Shown: in pieces, positions 33,726-46,090 of the stretch
Layout of the letters: each line of letters begins with the position of its first letter
Numbering within the stretch: position 1 is the first letter of the stretch
Source of the DNA: Somniosus microcephalus
Taxonomy: Eukaryota
Length of the DNA stretch: 64,000 bases
Assembly: GCA_052327205.1 (NCBI GenBank)
Contig: CM126209.1
Span: 45,570,001-45,634,000 of the forward strand
Direction of reading: 5' to 3'
Translations under genes and position numbers: made by a program
The notes under the pieces: model-generated
What the model saw: the letters and a program-made list of their open reading frames with translations, nothing else
What the model was told of the DNA's origin: nothing
Databases searched by the model: none

Positions 33726-35409
33726 ATTACTGTAAAATTGTTTATTCCAGCGCCACAACTAGCTGGCATAGAGAGATCAGAATTTTCCTGAACCTGCCAG
33801 AAATCAAATGTTTAAGACACTAGGGTCTCTTTGAAGTGTGAACAGAAAACACAAGTACAAATAAGAAACCCTGAAGCAAGACTTGGAACTGGAAGGACTT
33901 TACTTTCTCCTACAGAATAGTTGAAATAGGAACTAGACACCCAGTTAATGCTGTGTCAATTAACATTTACAAAAAGAGCTGGATGAATGTCTCATTAGGA
34001 ACATGATTAACATAATAAGCACAAATAGAGATAATTAAATGCTGCATGCAGAATGCTGGTTTCTGAGATAATAGGACCATGGAAATGCCATAACAAGGTA
34101 AAAAAATTCTGGCCATGGCTGCTGTTTGGACTGCCGGTGAAGCCACCACTGCTCCTCCGCTCAGTCTTCAGTTTAGAATGGCAGATTGGAACCCAACCTG
34201 CATATTTAAAGAGGACCCCGCAGGCTTCGGGTGGGTGTCCTTGTCGCCTGCGAATTAAAAACCGAGTTGGCCAGATCGGGACGGGAAAGTAGCATACAAG
34301 TCTGCAGCTGCATTTTAACTCCTGCCCCACCTGGTTTCCACCTGGTGGGGGAGTTAAAATTGAGGCCCAGCTGGTCTCGACGCACTTTGGGTGAACCAGA
34401 ACAAGAAAGCATGGTTATGGTTAGAAATGTTATGAATTGCAGTGTCCCTATTCCATTATTTTGTTAGACGCTATTGAGAATGCAGTTAAAATTGGATGCT
34501 AAAATCAAACCAAGGCATAGTAGCTACATCTGCTTACCTATAGCTATACAAAAAAGCAGTTTTATGCTTTGTGCAAATTTCATTGTATGCTGCATAACGA
34601 GCTGTATCAATTACTACGCACAGCACATTTATGCTGTATCGGAGTTAATGAGATTATCCAATGTTTTTGCACATGCCAGGATTTGAATCAAGAACCTGTT
34701 TCAGTTGCAAAAACTGTCATGCCAAGGAATAGAGTTCTGCCATTACACGGTTCAATCACTTTTTTTTAATGTGTGGGGAAGTTTCTGACCTTTTAAGATA
34801 GTGTTTAAAAACATATTTGTTTTATCCCTGCAGCTGTACAAATCTGCACAAAGCTTCTTCCACAAATCTGTATCTCATCTTATTTACCATCTACCCACGC
34901 ATCATTCTATGCCCTTAGACATTGAAGAGAATGCTACTGGGGTACAACCTCCCACTCACCACCAAACCATTTTCCAGCAAGTATTTGAAATATAGATTTG
35001 CCCACATATTGTGACTACTTGCACTTTCAAATTAAGGTAGAATAAAAAACTTAATCTATAAAATAAAACTTGATCCATAAAATAAGAAATAAAACCATTC
35101 TATTGATAATTACAGGGGTGCTTCAGTTTTTTTCTGAATGCTACCCAAACATCTATCAAAATAAAAAACTAAAATGGTGGAATACTTTACAAAGCAGGTG
35201 ATGAAAGAAAGCTGATTGAAGTGATGATGACTGCTATAATTGTATATACATATTAGCTGATGCCTCATAGAATTTGGTGACTGTATAAGAAGAGGGGTAT
35301 TACACCAAGTAGTGTTATCAGGAACACTGATTATCAGCATTAGGGGCAGCCCAGGGATCTGAGAGCTCAGGAAAAGGCTTAGTTCTGGCTGTACTAGGTT
35401 GGGGACTCG

Positions 35410-36109
35410 GGGCTAAAAATTCAGTTGGGCGCCATTTGGGGCGCCAAGCTCGCCTGGGCGCCGGAATTACCGCTGCGAGCAGAGCCACTTGCGCCATCCG
35501 GATATTCAGTTTCTGCGCCCCAAATGGAAATGGGCCGCTAAACGAGGCTTCCCGCGCCCCGCTTGGGGCGCTGAAACTGAATTTCGGCGCGTTAAGGGCC
35601 ACAGCGCCACACGCTGCGGCACGGCAGGCTGCGGTACTGCAGGCCTTCCTCCCACTGTTAAGGGGGAGGTACCTGCAACAGCGCGATCCCCGCTCGCGAG
35701 TGCCGGTAAATGAGCCCGGCACCAAGGAGAAGTGCCGGGCTCTCGGGAAACAACCGGCAATGCCGCGGGGGGTGGGGTGTAGGAGGCCGGGGACGGAGTT
35801 GCGGGCAGGCGGGCGCCAAAAAAGCGGCCGGCCGCACCTCCACCTTAACTAGCGCCACTACCGCCACAGGTAGGCCCCTGTGTACCGGTCGCTGTTTGCG
35901 GCCGGCACTGAAGAGGCAGGCGCAACCAAATATGGCCATCGGGGCGCTGCGCACACCGATGACGTCATCGGTGGCGGCGCAGCGCTACAGGCTAACACCG
36001 CCATTAGCGCCCCGCTAAATATCGCGGTAGGTGTGGCCAGTGGCGCAAAAGCCACTGAGTGCCCTCTTTGGGTGCAAACTGGTGGCGCAGGCCACTGAAT
36101 TTCTAGGCC
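35410..36109. mobile_element. GC-rich PIF/Harbinger-type MITE, inverted relative of 761-1476
   Basis: TIR GGGCTAAAAATTCA ... TGAATTTCTAGGCC; 3-bp TSD TCG on both sides; shares the CCGATGACGTCATCGG palindrome with 761-1476. Confidence 0.85.
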
Positions 36110-36654
36110 TCGGGGTTTAGCAGTGATTTGAAGGGGTTCCTAATGTGTGGAAGCACGTGGAGGAGCACTGCAAAAAGGGGTTCTGGGAGCATTAGGGAGC
36201 TACTGGGATGGGGACCCAGTTTTGGGGGCATTGTGAATGGGGGTTCCGATGTCTGCGATTATTAGGCGTAGTCTTGGGCTCAGGAAGCACTGCAAGGGGA
36301 TCTTTAGCATTAGGGAAGGTACAGGGGCCTGGGAGCACTGGGAGGGCAGGCTGGAATTTGTGAGCATAGGAAGGGGGGGATCCTAGGATCAGAGAGTGGA
36401 GGTTGTGGAAGTTTTAGGGTCTAGGAGGATTAGGGAGGGGTCCTGGCACTATTAGGAGAAATGGGATCTGGTAGTATTGGAGTGTAGGCAGGGTCTAGTA
36501 GTGCTAGGGGGCAGGATCTGGCAGCTTTGAGGCAGAAAGAAGGGTTCCAGGAGAATAAGCCCCAAACTGCCTTTGGCCCTTTTCAGACCACCAGACGCCC
36601 TCACATCACAGTCCTGCCTCAGTCATCTCCCCATACCCATTTTTAACACTTTGC

Positions 36655-38310
36655 AACAACTTGCATTGATATAGCATGTTTAGCACAGGAAAAAAAAGCC
36701 CAAGGCGCTTCACCGAGACGTAATCAAACAAGAATGGATGGTGAGCCAAAGAAAGAGATATTAGGAGGGGTGAGCAAAGGCTTGGTCAGAGAGGCGGGTT
36801 TTAAAGAGGAGAAGGAGGTGGTGAGGCTGAGGAGTTTAGGGAGAGAATTCTAGAGTGTGGGGCCTAGGCGGCTATAGGCATGGCCACAGTCGGAGGAACA
36901 GAGAATTCTCTAGGGGAGGTGTAGGGGTTGGGTGACGGTTACAGATGTAGGAGGCATGTGACCATGAAGGGATTTGAACATGACCATGAGAATTCTAAAT
37001 TGGAGCTGTTGGCTGACTGGGAGCCAATGCATGTCTGCAAGGACAACTGTGATGGGTGAGCAGAACTTGGTGCAGGATAAGGTACACATAGCAGAGTTTT
37101 GGAGGAGCTGAAGTTTACAGAGTGCGGAGGATTGGAGGACAGCAAGGGGAACATTGGAATAGTCGGGTCTGGAAGTGACAAAAGGATGGAGAAGAGTTTC
37201 AGCAGCAGATGAGCTGCTGGCAAGGGTGAAGGCTGTCAGTGCTAGAGGTAGAAGTAGCCGATCTTTGTGATGGCGGAATTGTAACCCCCAAAAACGGGTG
37301 GGTTTGGGTCTGGTGGTGTGTAAAAAACTTGAAAGCCGACTCCAATCTACCCCCCCCCAACTTCAACTTTTAACAGAGACGGGACAGGGTACGGGCTACA
37401 GGAGGTGGGTTGGTCATTTAAATATTTTAATGAGGCTGCATGGCTCAGAATTAACCACCATTTTAAATTTAACCCTCGGGAAACCCTTCGACTAAAGGGA
37501 GATGAGGACTGTTGGATCCAGGAGGTAAGTGCCGTTCCACTTATTTGCTGGATCCAGTTTACCTGCTTCACTCACCCCCCGCGATTTGACATCCACACCC
37601 ACCAACCCGCCCCCCACCCCCACAACCCTTCCAATCTCCTCCCTCCCCACCCCCCGGTGTGGCCTGGTGCTGAAGACCTACCCGCCCAACAGCCAACCAG
37701 CCTCTCAATCTGGCTGATTGCGGTTGGGAAACGGAGACAAAAAATGTTTTTTTTGGTTTCCCGACCTCAAAACAGCCCCCGCCCACTTTCTCCCTGCCTC
37801 TGAGCTAATATTGGGGCCATTGTGTCAGAACGTCAGCTCAGGGTTGAATAGGAGGCCAACGTTACAAAGACTTTGTGACAGTAGTTGGAGTGGGGGGGCC
37901 AGTGGTGGAATCAGTGGAAAGGGTACAAAGTTTGTGGTAGGGGCTGAAGACGATTACTTCGGTCTTCCCAATGTTTAACTGGAGGAAATTGTGGCTAATC
38001 CAGGAATGGATATTGTCAAACACACAGAGACAGTGGAGAGGTCGAGACAGGTGGAGAGGTAGAGCCAGGTGTTGTCAGCGTACATGTGGAAGCTGACGCC
38101 ATGTTTTTGGATGATGTTGCCAAGAGGCAGCATGTAGATGTGAAAGAAGAGGGGTCCATGGATAGATCCTTGGGGTCCCCAGAAGTTACTATGTTTGGAC
38201 GGGAAGAGAAACCTTTGCCGAAGATGCTCTGGGTGCAATCTGATCGGTAAGATTGTAACCAAGCAAGGGGAGTCACACCGAGCGGGACAATAGAGGAGAG
38301 TAATTAGAGG
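36655..38310 (-). mobile_element. L2-type LINE fragment, split by a MITE at ~37280-37820
   Basis: ORF 37975-38451 contains PQGSIHGPLFFHIYMLPLGNIIQKHGVSFHMYADNTWLYL (L2-like RT); L2-like 3' tail near 36655-36720. Related fragments at ~39730-39960 (+) and ~53635-53980 (-). Confidence 0.7.
37280..37820. mobile_element. Degraded MITE, same family as ~56298-56740
   Basis: Both share aaaa.gggtgggtttgg, tttaaatatt.t.atgagg and ggactg.tggatccagga blocks. TIRs eroded; boundaries approximate. Confidence 0.45.
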
Positions 38311-40540
38311 AGGATTGAGATATCCTCCCCACATTCTTCCTTCAGCCTTTGCACTGAGCGACTCAATCTCCATGTTAGCTCCCCTTGTCCTCTCTGCACT
38401 AAATTCACTGCCCTCATTTCCCTCCATACAGTCTGCCCTATCCATATTCATGCTGTCGGGGATGGGCTGATGAGGCTGAAGATTTCAGTCTTTCAAAAAA
38501 ATTATCCATCTTGCTGCAGCCACCTTCCTACCGACATAATTGCTTTGCATTAGGCTCCTACTGCCGCATTGGTGCAGTAAATATGCCTGCTGCATGCAGA
38601 CATACTGGAAGTTGGCTCTGGTAAGGAAGAAGCAGCCAGAATTCTGGCAGGATACCTCTCCCCACCAGTCCCACCTCTTTCAATGATGCCATGAAAGTCA
38701 AGCAGGTGCAAAAGTAGATCTCACTACTATATATAAATTGACATATAATTCAGCACTAATTGGATATTCTTTGTCACAGAAGACATAACAATAGTTGGTT
38801 TGGGAAATGGTGTAAATATACTTTGCATTGGTGTTGTAAAGATACTTTACTGAAATTGAAGTTATAGTACTTTGGTATTAATGCATTATAGAGTCAAACT
38901 ATGCAGCAGGGAGTACTTGGTGCCAACATTGGATGCAAAAAAACTGAAAAATGTATATAATTTGCCAGCACTATAATCACTTACTTTGAGCACACAATTC
39001 ATTTCCTCACATACCACCCAACCTAAAAAAGGTAATGATTAAAAAAAAGTAACGGCACACTGCATTCAATTGAATATATTGAGCAAAAATCTGGGGTATC
39101 AGTTCAAGCTGCACCAATTAATTTCATTGCAAGCCAGTAATATAGTTACAATACAATAGCATTTGGTTTCAGGAGTGAAAGGAATGCTGTAATGACATGA
39201 ATTCAGAACAATAGGCTCAAATTAACTATGGAAAATCCAGTGAATGTATCTTGTAATACATGTCCCTTAGCCAAGAATGAGTGAGAAAAGTGCATCATTC
39301 ATGATTAATTAAAAAAAACTATACATTTTAGTTTCCAGAGCTATGTTTTTGAACAGAGGTCAATTATTAAGCAGGTTGGATTACGTAAGAGAGGTAAAAA
39401 TAAGTGACTTGGTAAGAATAAAAATGTGTCTAAGAAACCTGAACTGGTGTTTAAAGAGGTTGGATAAAGATATGGTCAGGAAATTAAGATGCTGAAGAAT
39501 GGATGCCTGGAAGTGTTTGGATGATATTAAGAAACGGTGCCATATTCTAGAGAAATTAACAGAAAAGGTTTGGAATAAACATGTCTTGGAAAACAGATGC
39601 AGTCACTTGGAACCTCAACTGAATTTATTCCTGCAACTGTTGATTTAAGGCTGATAATATTGACAGGTGGAGTTAACTGATATTAAGTATATACAGTAAT
39701 CTATCCCTCTTTCAGGCTGAACCCAGCAGTGTGCAGCCATGGTGTCCTGTTTAACCCTGAGCTGAGCTTCAAATCCTACATCTGCTCCGTCACCAAAACC
39801 ACTTGCTTCCACCTCCACAACATTGCATGCCTGCATCCATACCTCACCCCCATCACTGCTGATACCATCATCCACATCTTCATCATGTCAAAGCTTGATT
39901 TCTCTCAGCATTCTCCTTCCTGGCCCCTGGAGCTCTACTCTACATAAACTTCAGTCATCCAAAACACCGCTTTAGGTGCAATTGGCAATCCAGGTACAAA
40001 CTGCGCTCAAAATTGCGCTAGTTTTCCGAAGTGAAATTATGGTTCAAGTTTCCACTCAAACTCATTTGCATAATCACAAACGTAAAATCTTACATGAACC
40101 AGCGCAATCGGGCGGTGTTTTAGCACGTAATTGTTTATTTTTTTTCTCTTGCATTAAAAAATATTCCATGCTTTACCATATGTCTGAAACCTCTTCCTGC
40201 CCTATGTCCCAGCTCACACCTTCTACACTTACAACAGTGGAGTGGGGTGAACAGAGTAGTCCACAATGAACCTCGGAGCCTTTAGCTACCACATCACAGC
40301 ACTCTTAAATTCTCTCACTAAATCCCTCTGCCTTGCCACCTGTCTTCCCACTTTCAAAAGCCTCCACAAAACCTGCCTCTTTCCCAGTGTCTTCGATCAC
40401 ACCTCATAAGTTCCCTCCCAATTCATCCATCTCCTGTAAAGTGCTTTGAGATGTTTGTTATGTGAAAGGCAATGTACAAGTGTAAATTGTGAATGTGGAA
40501 CATTGCCCTCATTGTGCGATTTAAAAAAAAAATCATCTAG

Positions 40541-40678
40541 ATCCCATTCTTGAACGAGGGAGTCCGAATTCATGGTGAGAAGGTAACCGAAGCATTGAGG
40601 CCTTTCCATGAGAGATTGGAAACCTGTTTCAAGCAATTGAAAGAAAAAGTGGAGAAGCAATATGGGGTCAAACCCTTT
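40541..40678 (+). CDS. DOCK1: DOCK1 coding exon, [46 protein letters not shown] (end of DHR-2)
   Basis: ctag|ATC acceptor, TTT|gtaagt donor; 138 bp, phase 0; continues WQ|IPFL as in DOCK1. Confidence 0.93.
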
Positions 40679-41010
40679 GTAAGTATTTTTTTCAAATCCT
40701 TTGTTTTGATACCTCTTTGTTTGTTACAGCTGACATACCATAGATAAGGTGTTCCACTGATACTTTTTTTTTTCTTCTTGTCAATTTTCTCATCTCTCGT
40801 CTCATGAAGACATTTATTCCCTGCTGAGTACCGCTCTACAGGCCTTCCATGCCCTCTGGGATATTGGCCAACTGTCCATTATTTGAGTGAGACTAATCCA
40901 CCACAGTGGGGAGGGGGCAAAATCACAGCCAAGCCCTCCTGTCCACTGTCGAGGTCTACTCAGATTTTTAGCATGGGTTGCTGAATAAAAATCAAGGCAT
41001 GAACATCAGT

Positions 41011-41143
41011 ACGCTGACGAAAGGTCATCGACCTGAACGTTAACTCTGTTTCTCTCTCCACAGATGCTGCCTGACCTGCTGAGTATTTCCAGCATTTTGT
41101 CTTTTTATTTCAGATTTCCAGCATTCGCAGTATTTTGCCTTTG
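41011..41143 (+). mobile_element. Solo Penelope-type terminal repeat with a minimal hammerhead ribozyme motif
   Basis: CTGACGA-A-AGGTC-ATC-GACCT-GAAC-GTTAACT at 41014-41045, then acagatgctgcctgacctgctgagt; flanked by the 7-bp direct repeat CATCAGT (41004-41010, 41144-41150). Confidence 0.7.
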
Positions 41144-41596
41144 CATCAGTGTACTTGTCTGCTCTTTAGCCAAGGGTCACTGATACCAATTGTAGCACCC
41201 GAACTAAGATCAACTAACTCAGCATGGACTATGAATAAACTGGCTTGTTTAGACCAGCTACACTCTTGCAAAGCTCGCTGAGCCATTGAGGAAACCCTGA
41301 TATGTTTCTAATTCGAAATGTGGGGATAACACCATCTGGAAGGCAGTAATCTGTTATATGCCTCCTTTTCTTTATGATCATGATCCAGCCAAGTGTTCGC
41401 ACCACCCGCAGCCCCCATGCTGTGCACCTTTATGCATCTCAAAGGGCAAGTTGGTGATATTTACCTAAATACTCCTGAGTCAGCCCCAAGGAACAATGTA
41501 AGAGTAATAATTTATCTTGTGACCCACTCCCTGTGGGAATACATCGCCGTCTGAGCTGAAGAATTCACTGTGTAGGGGCTCAAACTGATATTAACA

Positions 41597-43140
41597 TTTT
41601 TTTTGTTCATGGAATGTGGGCATCACTGGCAAGGCTAGCATTTATTGCCCATCCATAGTTGTCCTTGAGAAGGTGGTGATGAGCCGCCTTGAACCGCTGC
41701 AGTATGTGTGGTGAAGGTACTCCCACAATGCTGTTAGGGAGGGAGTTCCAGGATTTTGACCCAGCGACGACGAAGGAACGGCGATTTACTTCCAAGTCAG
41801 GATGGTGTGTGAATTGGAGGGGAACTTCGAGGTGGTGGTGTTCCCATGCGTCTGCTGCCCTTGTTCTTCTAGGTGGTAGAGGTCACGGGTTTGGGAGGTG
41901 TTGCCGAAGAAGCCTTGGCGAGTTGCTGCAGTGCATCTTGTAGATGGTACACACTGCAGCCACAGTACACCAGTGGTGGAGGGAGTAAATGTTTAAGGTG
42001 GTGGATGGGGTGCTAATCAAGCGGGTTGCTTTGTCTTGGATGGTGTCGAGCTTCTTGAGTGTTGTTGGAGCTGCACTCATCCAGGCAAGTGGAGAGTATT
42101 CCATCACACTTCTGACTTGTGCCTTGTAGATGGTGGAAAGGCTTTAGGGAGTTAGGAGGTGAGGCACTCGCTGCAGAATACCCAGCCTCGGACCTGCTCT
42201 TGTTGCCACAGTATTTATGTGGCTGGTCCAGTTAAGTTTCTGGTCAATGGTGAACCCCAGGATATTGATGGTGGGGGATTCGGCGATGGTAATGCCATTG
42301 AATGTCAAGGGGCGGTGGTTAGACACTCGCTTGTTGGAGATAGTCATTGCCTGGCACTTCCGTGGTGCGAATGTTACTTGCCACTTATCAGCCCAAGCCT
42401 GAATGTCGTTCAGGTCTTGCCGCATGCGGGCATGGACTGCTTCATTGTCGTAGGAGTTGCGAATGGCACTGAACACTGCAGTCATCAGCGAACATCCCCA
42501 CTTCTGAACTTATGATGGAGGGAAGGTCATTGATGAAGCAGCTGAAGATGGTTGGGCCTAGGACACTGCCCTGAGGAACTCCAGCAGTGGTGTCCTGGGG
42601 CTGCGATGATTGACCTCTAACCACCACAACCATCTTCCTTTGTGCTAGGTATGACTCCAGCCAGTGGAGAGTTTCCCCCCCCGATTCTCATTGACTTCAG
42701 TTTTACTAGGGCTCCTTGATGCCAGACTCGGTCAAATACTGCCTTGATGTCAAGGGCAGTCACTCTCGCCTCACCTCTGGAATTCAGCTCTTTTGTCCAT
42801 ATTTGGACAACCTGGAGCTGAGTGGTCCTGGCAGAATCCAAACTGGGCATCAGTGAGCAGGTTATTGGTGAGTAAGTGCCGCTTGATAGCATTGTCGACG
42901 ACACCTTCCCTCACTTTGCTGTTGATTGAGAGTAGACTGATGGGGCGGTAATTGGCCGGATTGGAATTGTCCTGCATTTTGTGGGCAGCACATACCTGGG
43001 CAGTTTTCCACTTTGTCGGATGGATGCCGGTGTTATAGATGTACTGGAACAGCTTGGCTAGAGGCGCGGCTAGTTCTGGAGCACAAGTCTTCAGCACGAC
43101 AGCCGGGATGTTGTCGGGGCCCATAGCCTTTGCTGTATCC
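41597..43140 (-). mobile_element. 5'-truncated non-LTR retrotransposon (CR1-clade-like RT), frameshifted
   Basis: KAMGPDNIPAVVLK...NYRPISLLS...QFGF; GVPQGSVLGPTIFSCFINDL...MFADD; WADKWQVTF; A-rich 3' tail at 41597-41604. Confidence 0.9.
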
Positions 43141-44014
43141 TGTTCTATGCAGCATGTTATTATATCAGCATGGAGGTCTACCATTTCTTTGATATTTAAC
43201 AAGCTTTTCTTTGGCGCAGCAAAATATGTCTTTAGTAGTTGCCTTTTATGCAGTGCTTCAGTCTTAATGTTTTTATGAAAAAGAACATAAGTGCCTATCT
43301 CTACAATTAAGTCTTGGTTATAGGATATATCACACCTAGGGTGGAGTATAAAAAGTAATCTGTCACAATTGGTCGAAAAAAGTTGCTACTACCGATCATG
43401 AATGAAGAACCTACACAAACTAATCAATTAAATCACTTGGTTTTAGTTTTTTGGAACCAATCTGTAATCAGCCACTTACACAAAACCAAACTAATCAAAT
43501 TGTTTCAATTTTTTTTGCCAAACTGATTTGCCCACTATATTCCTTCCTCAATCAAGTCAGTATTTCCAGCTAAAATAACATCCGTCACATTTTTTTAAAA
43601 TCACAGTTCTGAAGAAAATAATTTAACCTGCCCATAAAATTGAGTACTTAATATTAGAAATGCCTGAAAAAACTCCCCAACCCCAAGTCTGTTTTTAGAT
43701 TCGCCCGGATCTTGGGTGCTGGGGATTTGTACAGGAGTTGTAGTTTTCATCCTGCTCTGTGTATTACCCTGACTGCATCTTGATACAGGCAAAAAAAAAA
43801 GTAACTGGGCACACGCAGTAGGAGAAAAAAAAGTCAAAACTAAAAAGATTAAATTTGTTACAGCATTTTATACAATCTAAGCCGTTAACTAAAAATTCTG
43901 AGCGAACGGTTCTTTGGGATGAGAATTTTTTTGTGCAGTTGAAGGGTTCTGATGTTTAGACTGGGTTCAGAAAGGATGTTAATGAGATACTTTAATATTG
44001 AGCTCAGACAGTTC

Positions 44015-44335
44015 TCTTCTTCTTGGGCAGTCCCTTGGAACCGAGGATGACTTGCTTCCACATTAAAAATGAGTTCTCAGGTGACTGATGAGTCCAATAC
44101 GGGACCTACAGTCTCTTTCACAGGTGGGGCAGACGGTGGCTGAAGGGAAGGGTGGGTGGGGTGCTGGGGTTGACGTGCGCTGCTTGCGCTTGGCTTTCGC
44201 TTGCTCCCGGCGAAGAGACTCGGGGTGTTCGGCGCCTTCCCAGATGCTTCTCCTCCACTTTGTGCGGTCTTGGGCCAAGGATTCCCAGGTGTCAGTGGGG
44301 ATGTTGCACTTTTTCAAGGAGGCTTTGAGGGTGTG
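44015..44335 (-). mobile_element. RTE-clade LINE 3' end
   Basis: LKASLKKCNIPTDTWESLAQDRTKWRRSI...CPTCERDCRSRIGLISHLRTH (RTE C-terminus with a zinc-finger-like motif) and a short AAG-rich tail. Confidence 0.8.
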
Positions 44336-45789
44336 GACAAATGTTTCCATTAATATGATTAAGAACACTGTTCATAATTTTTTTTTTTAATTTGTTTGTA
44401 TTTCAGCTTCTACCTTAATCCTATGTGTATGTCCCAATCTTTATTTCGCTCTCTGTAAAATTTATAAAAAGTAAATTAGAATCTGTTCATTTTACTTCCT
44501 GGTTTGCTGTCTGAGAATTCTTCGATGTGATTGGCTGCTTAGCCAGCTTGATGACATCGCTGTTACTGGACGCTGCAGATTTGCTTGATTTGGCGCCAGA
44601 TTCAAACAAAGGTCAGGAGAGCTGAAATTCACGCCAAAGAGATCGCAAGATCTTTATGGGCAGCTTTCTTCGAGGCCAGCGGCGAGTGCCGTCGCTTTGC
44701 TGCTCACCGCAAAGTCCGGGCCAATGGTCTTTGTCTCTCGCCGAACAGCCATCTGTTCTATTACCTCAACCGAGATAACGCACACCGAACGTAACCTCCT
44801 TAAAACCACCCTATAAAAGATAAGATAACAAGAATGCTCGAAATGCTCCAAGGACATGCTTGACTTGACAAGGTTTCAATCTTTGGCTGTCTAATTAAAC
44901 TATGATGTTTATATAGAAAGCCTTATTCTAAAATGGAAGCTTTATTCTAAAATGGAAGCCAGCAAAAGCACTTGTTTACAAGGTACTAGTTGTTGAAAAA
45001 AACCTATGTGGTGCCAAGCTATGCCTAAGGCAGCTTTAGCAAGAGCTAAATCCACTGTGGGAATTCAGGAGAGAAGATACCTTTTCTAATCATGTAAATA
45101 ATAGTTAAACAGAAGCAAGTTTTTAGGGAGGGAGGAGGGAAGAATAAAAAATAAATAAAGTACTTGCATCTTAAAGCAAAATACTGCAAATCTACAATGG
45201 GAGAGAGCAAAACAAATTTTATAATATAAATAACAGAATAAGAGTAAAAAGCAAAAAATTCCATAAGCTGAAAAACTGAAACATAAGCGTATAGTGCTGT
45301 AAGCACATACAGCAGGTCAGTGAGCATATGGAGAGAGAACAGACAGGTTTGATCCAGACCTCCTTCAGAAGTGAGAAGTTAAAGAATACCAAGCATTTTA
45401 ATAGAATCATGAAAAAGGGGAGATGGGAGTGGGATAAAAGCAAACTGATACTTCATATGAGGTTTTGAGGAGGGAATAACAAAGTTATATGAAGAGGTAG
45501 ACTAAGATAGCAGCAAGGCCCTGTATCTTCTTATGGTGTTTAACATTTTTATTTTGTATCAATCATGTGATATATGACTTCAGTAAATTTGCAGCATTAC
45601 AAAACCACTGTTGTGTTTAGGCCGCAACAAGAATGCATAAACATTACAAACTACATTTAGGTCCCAGATGACCCGTGTGCTATACCACGGGAGGTATACT
45701 AATCTGTGTTAAGGTATTTGATACCTTTTGGGTGACAGTACCAGATGTTGCTGCAGTTTAGTATTTTTTCCTGGTTTCTGGAAAAATAG

Positions 45790-46090
45790 TTCCTTCCCTG
45801 TTTCCACTGGCAGGAGGGTCGGTAACCAGAGGACACAGATTTAAGATAATTGGCAAAAAAGGCAGGTGGGAGAGAAGACTTTTTTATTCAGCGAGTTGTT
45901 ATGATCGGAAATGCACTGCCTGAAAGGTGGTGGAAGCAGATGAAATAGTAACTTGCAAAAGGGAATTGGATATATACTTGGAAATAAAAAATTTGCAGGG
46001 TTATGGGGAAAGAGCAGGGGAGTGGGACTATTTGGTAACTCTTCCAGAGAGCCGGCACAGGCACAATGGACCAAATGGCCTCTATGCTAC
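45790..46090 (+). mobile_element. CR1-type LINE 3' fragment
   Basis: accagaggacacagatttaag...tggaatgcactgcctgaaagg-like ORF2 end and 3' UTR. Confidence 0.65.

Noticed and set aside
44918-44960. 19-bp tandem duplication aagc(c/t)ttattctaaaatgg
   Set aside because: Ordinary short slippage duplication with no further structure.
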